Translations under genes and position numbers: made by a program
Assembly: GCF_037902255.1 (NCBI RefSeq)
Contig: NZ_CP147990.1
Coordinates: forward strand, 4,080,001-4,112,000
Source: Candidatus Electrothrix sp. GW3-4
GTDB taxonomy: Bacteria; Desulfobacterota; Desulfobulbia; Desulfobulbales; Desulfobulbaceae
Length of the DNA stretch: 32,000 bases
Reading direction: 5' to 3'
The notes under the pieces: model-generated
What the model saw: the letters and a program-made list of their open reading frames with translations, nothing else
Database searches by the model: none
Told to the model about the DNA's origin: nothing
Shown here: one piece after another, positions 25,435 through 32,000 of the stretch
How positions within the stretch are numbered: the first letter of the stretch is position 1
How the letters are laid out: the number at the start of each line of letters is the position of its first letter

Positions 25435-25605
25435 CAATCGTAATACTGGAGTGTAAAGAAAATATTCAGCATAGTGCTATGCAGTATATAATACATTAAA
25501 ATTAGAGTAAAAAATAGAAAAAGACAAGAACAACAACGTCAGGTTATAACACAGAAAAAACGGAAAAGTTCTGTTTTATCACCACTCGTTAGCAGAACAA
25601 TCTGT

Positions 25606-25712
25606 TTACAGGAACAATTTATGCTACGGATTATACAAAAATGATATTTACTTTACAAAATAACTCGCTTACAGGGCAGCAATTTACATTGCTGATTGTA
25701 CAAAAATGATAT
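25606..25712 (+). repeat. Pair of ~43-bp direct repeats immediately upstream of the small ORF
   Basis: TTACAGGAACAATTTATGCTACGGATTATACAAAAATGATAT (25606-25647) and TTACAGGGCAGCAATTTACATTGCTGATTGTACAAAAATGATAT (25669-25712). The two share identical 5' (TTACAGG) and 3' (TACAAAAATGATAT) ends. Confidence 0.8.
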
Positions 25713-25757
25713 CTTGAGGGGTTAATTAAACCTGGAAGGCCATAGGAGAGCTGAGAA

Positions 25758-26003
25758 ATGTTGAACTCAATAAGCGAAGAAGAATTTAAATCAAAACTCA
25801 TTGCATTAGCCTATGCCTGCCCTCTTGAACAAGAGTCTCCCAATTGTCCTTTAAAAAAGGTCAGAGAGAAAAATTTTTCTGACAAAATAAAATGGGTTAA
25901 CAGCCTGTCATTGCCTACAAAAAAAACAATATATAAATATCATTTGTTATGCATTTCCAAGAATAAGAAGAAACAAGAGGTGGTCCCTGTCAGTCGCTCT
26001 TAA
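25758..26003 (+). CDS. Small orphan protein, 81 aa, Lys-rich with 4 Cys, in the A+T-rich island
   Basis: AGGAG lies 9 nt upstream of the ATG. It is the only ORF of 60 aa or more in about 1.2 kb, and I recognise no family. The sequence is MLNSISEEEFKSKLIALAYACPLEQESPNCPLKKVREK...YHLLCISKNKKKQ. Confidence 0.45.
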   Translation: MLNSISEEEFKSKLIALAYACPLEQESPNCPLKKVREKNFSDKIKWVNSLSLPTKKTIYKYHLLCISKNKKKQEVVPVSRS

Positions 26004-26136
26004 AAATTTATCTAGCTGAACGGTTTGACAAGGAACTTCGTGCCCTTTGACAAGGCATCACAAAAGACCGCCACCCAATCGCGTTCAACAGGGATTGATC
26101 CTGTCCCTGTCGAACAAAAGAGCAATTGGCCTTACT

Positions 26137-27381
26137 TCAGGACTTTTTTTCGACAGGAGAGCTTGCAGACTCCTGCCCATACAACTCCAGGATATGACCC
26201 ATCTTATCCCGCTTGCAACGAAGATAATCCCGGTTTTCGCATTCACAGAGCACCTCAATGGGGAGGCGTTCTACAGCCTCTAAGCCATACCCCTCCAGCC
26301 CGATAATCTTCTTGGGGTTATTGGTCAACAAACGCATCTTGCGTACCCCGAGATCACGAAGCATCTGGGCACCGATCCCGTAATCACGGAGATCTGGTTT
26401 AAAGCCGAGATGCTCGTTGGCCTCCACGGTATCCAAGCCTTCATCCTGGAGGTTATAGGCCTTGAGCTTATTCACCAGACCGATCCCACGCCCTTCCTGA
26501 CGCATATAGAGGATAACCCCGCTCCCCTCCTGCTCCACCATCCGCATGGCGGCCTGCAACTGGGCCCCGCAATCACAGCGGGCAGAACCAAAGACATCTC
26601 CGGTCAGGCATTCGGAATGAACACGCACCATGACCGGCTCATCCGGGTTGATCTCCCCCTTCACCAGGGCAACATGCTCAAAGGCATCAACATCGTTGGT
26701 ATAGGCGATAACCTTAAACTCACCAGCATGCAGGGTGGGCAGGCGGGACTCCACCGCACGATGGACCAAGATATCCTCACGCAGGCGATAAGCAACCAGA
26801 TCCGCCACAGTAGCGATCTTCAGGTCATGCTCTTTGGCGAATATCTCCAGGTCCGGCATCCGGGCCATGGTGCCGTCGTCTTTCATGATTTCGCAGATGA
26901 TACCAGCGGTCCGCATTCCGGCAAGACGAGCCAGGTCCACTGAGCCTTCGGTCTGACCCGTGCGTACCAAGACCCCACCTTCGCGGGCCCGGAGAGGAAA
27001 GATATGGCCCGGGCTGATAATATCACGTGGGGTCGCATCCGGGGCAACTGCCGCCTCAATGGTCCTGGCCCGGTCTGCAGCCGAGATCCCCGTGGTCACG
27101 CCGGTACGGGCCTCAATACTGATGGTGAATCCGGTACCGTAAGGGGACTGGTTGTCCTGCACCATCATGGGCAGCCCCAGCTGATCAATAATATCCGGGC
27201 TCATGGTCAGACAGATCAGGCCCCGACCATGGGTGGCCATAAAATTAATGGCCTCTGGGGTCACCGCCTCACCAGCCATGCAGAGGTCACCCTCATTTTC
27301 CCGGTCCTCATCATCGACCAGGATGACCATCTTACCGGCCTTGATATCTTCAATAACGTCTTCTATAGGACTGACAGCCAT
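26137..27381 (-). CDS. ribBA: Bifunctional 3,4-dihydroxy-2-butanone-4-phosphate synthase / GTP cyclohydrolase II
   Basis: [15 protein letters not shown] (RibB part) and [21 protein letters not shown] (RibA zinc site). I prefer ATG 27381; GTG 27390 in the track is the alternative. Confidence 0.95.
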   Translation of the reverse strand: MAVSPIEDVIEDIKAGKMVILVDDEDRENEGDLCMAGEAVTPEAINFMATHGRGLICLTMSPDIIDQLGLPMMVQDNQSPYGTGFTISIEARTGVTTGISAADRARTIEAAVAPDATPRDIISPGHIFPLRAREGGVLVRTGQTEGSVDLARLAGMRTAGIICEIMKDDGTMARMPDLEIFAKEHDLKIATVADLVAYRLREDILVHRAVESRLPTLHAGEFKVIAYTNDVDAFEHVALVKGEINPDEPVMVRVHSECLTGDVFGSARCDCGAQLQAAMRMVEQEGSGVILYMRQEGRGIGLVNKLKAYNLQDEGLDTVEANEHLGFKPDLRDYGIGAQMLRDLGVRKMRLLTNNPKKIIGLEGYGLEAVERLPIEVLCECENRDYLRCKRDKMGHILELYGQESASSPVEKKS

Positions 27382-27441
27382 GATGCTCACTCAATGTTTT
27401 GCACACCGGTCGGAGACGACGTGGTGCTGCATTTATTTCAA

Positions 27442-28101
27442 TTATCTCAAAAATCCGTGTTCTGCCAGGAAGGCCGGATTAATTTTACTTTCTTCAGTGC
27501 CTGCCCCTGTGGGTTGAACCGAGAGCAATTTTTCAACGTATTTACCGATGATATCCACCTCCAGGTTGACCCGACTGCCTTGACGGAGATTGCCAAGGGT
27601 CGTGACCGCCAGGGTATGGGGGATTATCGACACGGAAAACCGATTGCCGGAGCAGGAGTTCACGGTCAGGCTCACCCCATCAATGGTGATTGAGCCTTTC
27701 TCAATAATATATTTGGCCAAGCTGGCTTCAAGGGAAAAGGTGAACAGGGTAAAATCGCCTGCTGCTTTACGTTCCTCCACCCTTCCCAGTGTATCCACAT
27801 GCCCGCTGACCAGATGACCACCCAAGCGGTCAGCCAGTCGCAGGGCCCGCTCCATATTGACCTGGGAATCAACCTTTAACTGCCCCAGGCTGGTACGAGC
27901 CAGACTCTCCGGCGAGACATCTACCAGAAAACGACGACCTTTGATGTCACGAGCAGTCAGGCAGGCCCCGTTAACAGCAATGGACTCACCCTCTTCTGGA
28001 TCTGTCAGGTCAAATCCTGCCTCCAGGCAGAAAACCATTCCTCCGCCTGATGGCCGTTTTTCCATGACCGTCCCCAGTCCCTGAATAATACCGGTAAACA
28101 T
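27442..28101 (-). CDS. ribE: Riboflavin synthase (alpha chain)
   Basis: [10 protein letters not shown], two lumazine-binding repeats ([12 protein letters not shown] / [12 protein letters not shown]), 219 aa. Confidence 0.93.
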   Translation of the reverse strand: MFTGIIQGLGTVMEKRPSGGGMVFCLEAGFDLTDPEEGESIAVNGACLTARDIKGRRFLVDVSPESLARTSLGQLKVDSQVNMERALRLADRLGGHLVSGHVDTLGRVEERKAAGDFTLFTFSLEASLAKYIIEKGSITIDGVSLTVNSCSGNRFSVSIIPHTLAVTTLGNLRQGSRVNLEVDIIGKYVEKLLSVQPTGAGTEESKINPAFLAEHGFLR

Positions 28102-28104
28102 GAA

Positions 28105-28710
28105 TCAGGCCTGCTCCAGCTCTTCCGCAAGGGCAGCAAATTCCTCGGACATGCGTTTATGCTTGAAGTTTTTATGAATGGAGGAAATCGTGCGAAAGGT
28201 ATCCGCAGCTTTCTGATTTTCTCCTTTTTCCCGGTACAGCTCAGCAATCACCGTCATGACCTCAACCATTCCTTTGGGATTTTTGGTCAGATGGTAATGC
28301 TCAACCATATCAAAGAGGATCTCCATTGCCTTGTCCAGCTCCCCCTGCTTTCGGTAGAGCGCAGCGATCTTTTTGTTCAGGGCCAGGATGGAAAAAGAGT
28401 CCTCTTCTTTTTCGCAGATGGTATAGGCCCGCTGGTAATGCTCCAGAGCTGCTGCATAATCCAGCTTCTCCATGCAGACATCACCAAGCCGGTCCGAGGC
28501 ATTGGCAACCCCCTGCTCATCGCCCTTTTCCTCAAACCCTTTCAGGGCATTATGAAAGGACATGGCAGCCATGTTATAGTCGCCTTTTTTGAACTGCTCA
28601 CGACCTTCCAGGTAGTCGCGCTTGGCAGGATCTTTTTTTAATTCCTCTTCGCGGGCTTTTTCCGGGTCAGCCGGGCCGATGGAGCTCAAAGGCTGGATAG
28701 ATGTGGACAT
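28105..28710 (-). CDS. TPR-repeat protein (201 aa)
   Basis: Repeated A-x-x-x-Y-x-x-A helical pairs (YNMAAMSFHNALKGF, YAAALEHYQRAYTI, LDKAMEILFDMVEHY, NQKAADTFRTI). The stop lies 3 nt before the ribE ATG. Confidence 0.8.
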   Translation of the reverse strand: MSTSIQPLSSIGPADPEKAREEELKKDPAKRDYLEGREQFKKGDYNMAAMSFHNALKGFEEKGDEQGVANASDRLGDVCMEKLDYAAALEHYQRAYTICEKEEDSFSILALNKKIAALYRKQGELDKAMEILFDMVEHYHLTKNPKGMVEVMTVIAELYREKGENQKAADTFRTISSIHKNFKHKRMSEEFAALAEELEQA

Positions 28711-28805
28711 TGGTTTTCTCCGTAGGTTACTTCAAGATTAATCAATATATTTCGTCGTGGGATTCCCCAACGATTTTTTCTATATCAACGAACGAGAAAG
28801 ATTGA

Positions 28806-29288
28806 TTACGAACCTTTCTTTTTCAGACTCTCCATCCGCTGCCAGAGCCTGCACAAGGCCTCCCGAGCCTCGGGATTAGCAACATTTTCCGCCATAGAAC
28901 GAAATGCCCGTTCAGCATCAGGATCAACATCAAGCGGTGGAGGAACGTATTCTTCTTCAGGAGTCTCAATTAATTCTGCGGGCTGTAAGGTCCAACGGAT
29001 ATCCCCGACGATCAATGATCCTTGTAAAAACGCATTGATCTTGTTGATGATATCTTCCCTGCTGAAATGCATCTGCTGCATCCAGAGGGAGTTATGGGCA
29101 TAGATCCAAAGCTCGTTTCTCCGGAAATAGGCTGGCATGCTATACTCGGCAAAGACAGCACCGACCAGCTGAGGCCAGTGGTGAACTAATTTAAAAAGAT
29201 GCCACTGATTACCCCATTGCTGCTGCCCATACACAGAGGAAAAGCCATCGCCCAATGAGACAAGCTTTTTTTTCCTTTTTTCAACCAT
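28806..29288 (-). CDS. DUF721 (DciA-like) domain protein
   Basis: The pattern W.QLVG..FAEYS.P..F....LWIYAHNS.WMQQMHF....II.KINAFL matches my recollection of the DUF721 family. Confidence 0.6.
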   Translation of the reverse strand: MVEKRKKKLVSLGDGFSSVYGQQQWGNQWHLFKLVHHWPQLVGAVFAEYSMPAYFRRNELWIYAHNSLWMQQMHFSREDIINKINAFLQGSLIVGDIRWTLQPAELIETPEEEYVPPPLDVDPDAERAFRSMAENVANPEAREALCRLWQRMESLKKKGS

Positions 29289-29470
29289 ACAGCATGAATA
29301 ATCTTTCCTTTACAGGAGTGAAAAGCTTTAAGTATAACAGAACACCGATACGGTGTATACCCTTTTTCCCTAGAGTTCAGGAGATAAAAAAGGACAACTC
29401 TCACAATCAGTGAAAGATGTCCTTTGGTCATCAGCTTCAATACCCTTTGCAGAGCGAGGGATATCTTTTC

Positions 29471-30880
29471 TCATTGCACATACGTTACAGGGAGAATGAA
29501 GAAAAAATTATTTCCCTCCGAGGTCTTCTCATAGCCAACCACCCCTCCGTGCAGCTCAACAACATGCTGGATAAAGGCCAGGCCGTGCCCGGTGCCGTGG
29601 ATCCCCTTGCTGCTTTTGCCCCGCACACCTTCTTGAAAAATAAAGGGCACTTCTTCTGGATCAAGATGAGGGCCTGTGCTAAATACATTGAACTTAACCC
29701 CCTGCTCGCCGCATTGAGGAAAGTCATCAAGAACCTCACGCCCATAGGCGATAGCCTTACGTCTTGTTCCATCTCTGGTGACGACTTCTTGCGTATACTT
29801 GGTTGCATTGGAAAAAAGATTGGCATAGACCTGGGAAAGAAGCCCGATATCCACCACAAGCTGAAATTCTTCATCCAGCATATTATTCGGGCGATCCACA
29901 GTGATATGTGCCGCACGCAAGCGACTGGCATAGTTCTCCAACTGAGGCAGAATAATCTCCTTTTCCACAAAACACCGTTTAGGATGGAGCACTAAATGGC
30001 CGCTCTCGAAATGTTCCCGCCGGAAAAGGCTCTCTAAGAAGAGACTGATATTAGAATGATGCTTTACTATTTCAGAATGATAGAAAAGTAAATCATCACT
30101 GAGCTGATCACAACGACTCAAACAGCTCTCACATTGGTAGGAGGCAATATCCAAGTTGGTAGTTTGGCGTATCTCGTCTCGTATCTTTTCAAGCTCTGCT
30201 ATCTTTTGACGAAGTTTATTGAAGAGATGCCGGAAATACATATTCGGCACAATCACATTATGCTCAATATCCATCACCAAGGTATTGATGAATTTCAGGT
30301 GATCAATATTTTGCAGGGCAATAAGCCGATTATGCAGGTTATAGCCGATCCGGTTTGTGTACTTACTCAGAAAAAAACGATCCTCTGCGGAGAGCTTCTC
30401 TAAGGGAAAAACACTGAACATCCCCAGGATACGATTCCTGCTGTATACCTTCTTAGAGGGAGGGCTCTCCTGGCCCCTTTCCAGCCTTGTCTCTAGGGAT
30501 AATTTTCTCCCTCCAGCAGGCTTCTTGTTATAAATAGGAACAATATAAAAATTATCACATTGGTACGGTTCTATACTCAGGGCAACATGTTCTGGGGCTA
30601 CTTTTTTGGTCTGATAAACTCCCCGGATGCTGTCACAGGCCAAGTAGAGTTCCCTTGTTTCTTCATCCAAGAGATAAAGGGCACTGTCAAGGCCGGTCAT
30701 CTCCAGAGGAACAGCAACGCAGATTCGATAAAAATCATCAAGTGAATCGTACTCCTGCGCCAGATCAAAAAAGGCCTTGAGAAAATCATTAAACGCAGAA
30801 GTAAAATTATAGCGTTCATAATTTTTTGATTTTTCGCGTATCCGCTGGCAAATTCTTTGAAGATCTGAACAATGCGGCAT
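29471..30880 (-). CDS. Cytoplasmic sensor kinase-like protein with HATPase_c domain and an atypical H-box
   Basis: The C-terminal ATPase has an N-box (YANLFSNATKYT) and G-boxes (GTGHGLAFIQHVVELHGG). The candidate phospho-His segment is MDIEHNVIVPNMYF. The N-terminal ~170 aa look GAF-like, and there is no TM segment. Confidence 0.75.
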   Translation of the reverse strand: MPHCSDLQRICQRIREKSKNYERYNFTSAFNDFLKAFFDLAQEYDSLDDFYRICVAVPLEMTGLDSALYLLDEETRELYLACDSIRGVYQTKKVAPEHVALSIEPYQCDNFYIVPIYNKKPAGGRKLSLETRLERGQESPPSKKVYSRNRILGMFSVFPLEKLSAEDRFFLSKYTNRIGYNLHNRLIALQNIDHLKFINTLVMDIEHNVIVPNMYFRHLFNKLRQKIAELEKIRDEIRQTTNLDIASYQCESCLSRCDQLSDDLLFYHSEIVKHHSNISLFLESLFRREHFESGHLVLHPKRCFVEKEIILPQLENYASRLRAAHITVDRPNNMLDEEFQLVVDIGLLSQVYANLFSNATKYTQEVVTRDGTRRKAIAYGREVLDDFPQCGEQGVKFNVFSTGPHLDPEEVPFIFQEGVRGKSSKGIHGTGHGLAFIQHVVELHGGVVGYEKTSEGNNFFFILPVTYVQ

Positions 30881-30997
30881 TAGGCTCGCCCTCTGTTTCT
30901 GCGACCGTTTTCAAAAGAACGGTCGGGGAAAAAATACATTGTCGGGGACACACCCGTCATAAAAGGACAACGAAGGAGAATACCCCTTCGTTACTTC

Positions 30998-31531
30998 TTA
31001 CTTTATATCAACCGCCACTTCATCACCCTTCCGATCCTCAGACAGCAGCACATCAACCCGTTCTGATGCATCGGCACGAATACAGACCCCTGTAAAATCC
31101 GGTTGGATGGGGAGTTCACGACCCTGACGATCAACCAAGACAGCCAGCTGAATAGAACGAGGGCGCCCATAATCCATCAACGCATCCATAGCGGCCCGGA
31201 TAGTGCGCCCGGTAAAGATAACGTCATCCACCAGCACAACATCCTTATCCTCAACCGTGAATTCGATATTGGTTTTGCGAACAATGGGATTTTGCGAGAT
31301 CAGGCTCCAATCATCCCGGTACAGGGTGATGTCCAGGCTGGCCATGGGCACCTCGTTATCCTCATGGGCAGTAATCTTTTCATGAAGCCGGGCAGCCATA
31401 AACACTCCGCCCGTATGGATGCCGACGATAGCCAAATTTTCGACGCCTTGATTCCGTTCAAGAATCTCCATGGCCAATCGTTCTATGCTCCGCTCAATAG
31501 CTTCGCTGTTCATAACAATGCGGACGGACAT
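30998..31531 (-). CDS. pyrR: Bifunctional pyrimidine regulator / uracil phosphoribosyltransferase PyrR
   Basis: LAIVGIHTGGVFMAARL, the PRPP loop VVLVDDVIFTGRTIRAAMDAL, and LAVLVDRQGRELPIQPDF. ATG 31531 lies 2 nt after the purN stop; the track uses TTG 31537. Confidence 0.9.
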   Translation of the reverse strand: MSVRIVMNSEAIERSIERLAMEILERNQGVENLAIVGIHTGGVFMAARLHEKITAHEDNEVPMASLDITLYRDDWSLISQNPIVRKTNIEFTVEDKDVVLVDDVIFTGRTIRAAMDALMDYGRPRSIQLAVLVDRQGRELPIQPDFTGVCIRADASERVDVLLSEDRKGDEVAVDIK

Positions 31532-31533
31532 AT

Positions 31534-32000
31534 TCAACCTCTGTTCCAGAAATAGGCAGCACCCTTTTCATCCACCAAATTAATGGCTTCAGGAAAGGCC
31601 TCACACTCTTTGGCAAACACCTTATCTGCAATATCATCAGGTGAATCAGCAGGGGCTAACGAGACACATTTTTGCAGAATAATAGGACCTTCGTCATAGA
31701 CCTCGTTGGCAAAATGAACAGTACAGCCGCTGACAGTACAGCCTCTGGCCTTGACGGCCTCATGGACATGATGACCGTAAAAACCCGGGCCGCAGAAGGA
31801 GGGAATCAGGGAAGGATGAATATTAACAACCCGTTGTTGCAGTTGTTGCGATGGTTCATACAGTTTAAGGTAACCGGCAAGGGTGACAAGGTCAATATCA
31901 TATTCCGCCAGGATCTTATTAATGGCTGCATTATCAGCAGCGTGAAAGGCCGGATAGCCATATTTTTGTGCTTTCTCCAGCCCCAAGGCGTCACCGACAT
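31534..32000 (-). CDS. purN: Phosphoribosylglycinamide formyltransferase, C-terminal part (N-terminus beyond the window end)
   Basis: VVNIHPSLIPSFCGPGFYGHHVHEAV and GCTVHFANEVYDEGPIILQ. The frame stays open upstream of the track's TTG 31986 to the window edge. Confidence 0.9.
   Translation of the reverse strand, partial: VGDALGLEKAQKYGYPAFHAADNAAINKILAEYDIDLVTLAGYLKLYEPSQQLQQRVVNIHPSLIPSFCGPGFYGHHVHEAVKARGCTVSGCTVHFANEVYDEGPIILQKCVSLAPADSPDDIADKVFAKECEAFPEAINLVDEKGAAYFWNRG

Noticed and set aside
25320-25760. The A+T-rich repeats as a replication origin (TTATACAAA is 7/9 to the DnaA box TTATCCACA; a DciA-like gene lies 3 kb away)
   Set aside because: There is no near-perfect DnaA box and no dnaA or dnaN nearby. 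The flanking genes converge on the region rather than diverge from it, which is the opposite of a typical origin.
26410-27693. The + strand ORFs 26410..26943 and 27004..27693 antisense to ribBA and ribE
   Set aside because: They are shadow ORFs of well-supported rib genes and have no independent signals.
28711-28805. A possible FMN riboswitch ahead of the rib genes
   Set aside because: Only 95 nt are available, and I see none of the conserved FMN-element sequence features. The 51-nt ribE-ribBA spacer is also too short.
1-32000. A scan for CRISPR arrays, tRNA/rRNA genes, IS elements, integrases, toxin-antitoxin pairs and reverse transcriptases
   Set aside because: I found no regularly spaced repeat-spacer array, no tRNA-like T-arm sequence (GGTTCGAATCC type), and no ORF with transposase, recombinase or RT motifs in any frame of the supplied track.

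Overview
A 32-kb chromosomal segment made up mostly of housekeeping genes. The gene content suggests an anaerobic, Desulfobacterota-like bacterium, but this is an inference only. From left to right the window holds: a partial HEAT-repeat gene; a two-subunit biotin carboxylase of the pyruvate/2-oxoglutarate carboxylase type; a VanZ-fusion membrane protein; a secreted alpha-carbonic anhydrase; a glgA-hypothetical-gap operon; aroC; an orphan 783-aa AAA+ protein with a large unrecognised N-terminus; a cytochrome bd oxidase operon in the unusual order cydB-small ORF-cydA; a Tat-exported MepK/YcbK-like peptidase; ispA; a hybrid sensor kinase; a GltD/NfnB-like oxidoreductase; an A+T-rich island of about 0.7 kb with iterated repeats and one small Cys-containing ORF; and a minus-strand block purN-pyrR-atypical kinase-DUF721-TPR-ribE-ribBA. 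I saw no rRNA or tRNA genes, CRISPR arrays, transposases or integrases. Four things merit a second look. (1) The stand-alone AAA+ protein at 12147-14498 and its repeat-dense, SD-less upstream region. (2) A small hairpin-containing repeat family with three same-orientation copies in two intergenic regions, one copy carrying a 42-bp perfect palindrome. (3) The A+T-rich island at about 25.3-26.0 kb, which sits where + strand and - strand gene blocks converge and where a rib operon ends early. (4) The permuted cyd operon, with a candidate 30-aa hydrophobic peptide downstream. All functional assignments come from reading motifs in the supplied translations; no database search was possible.
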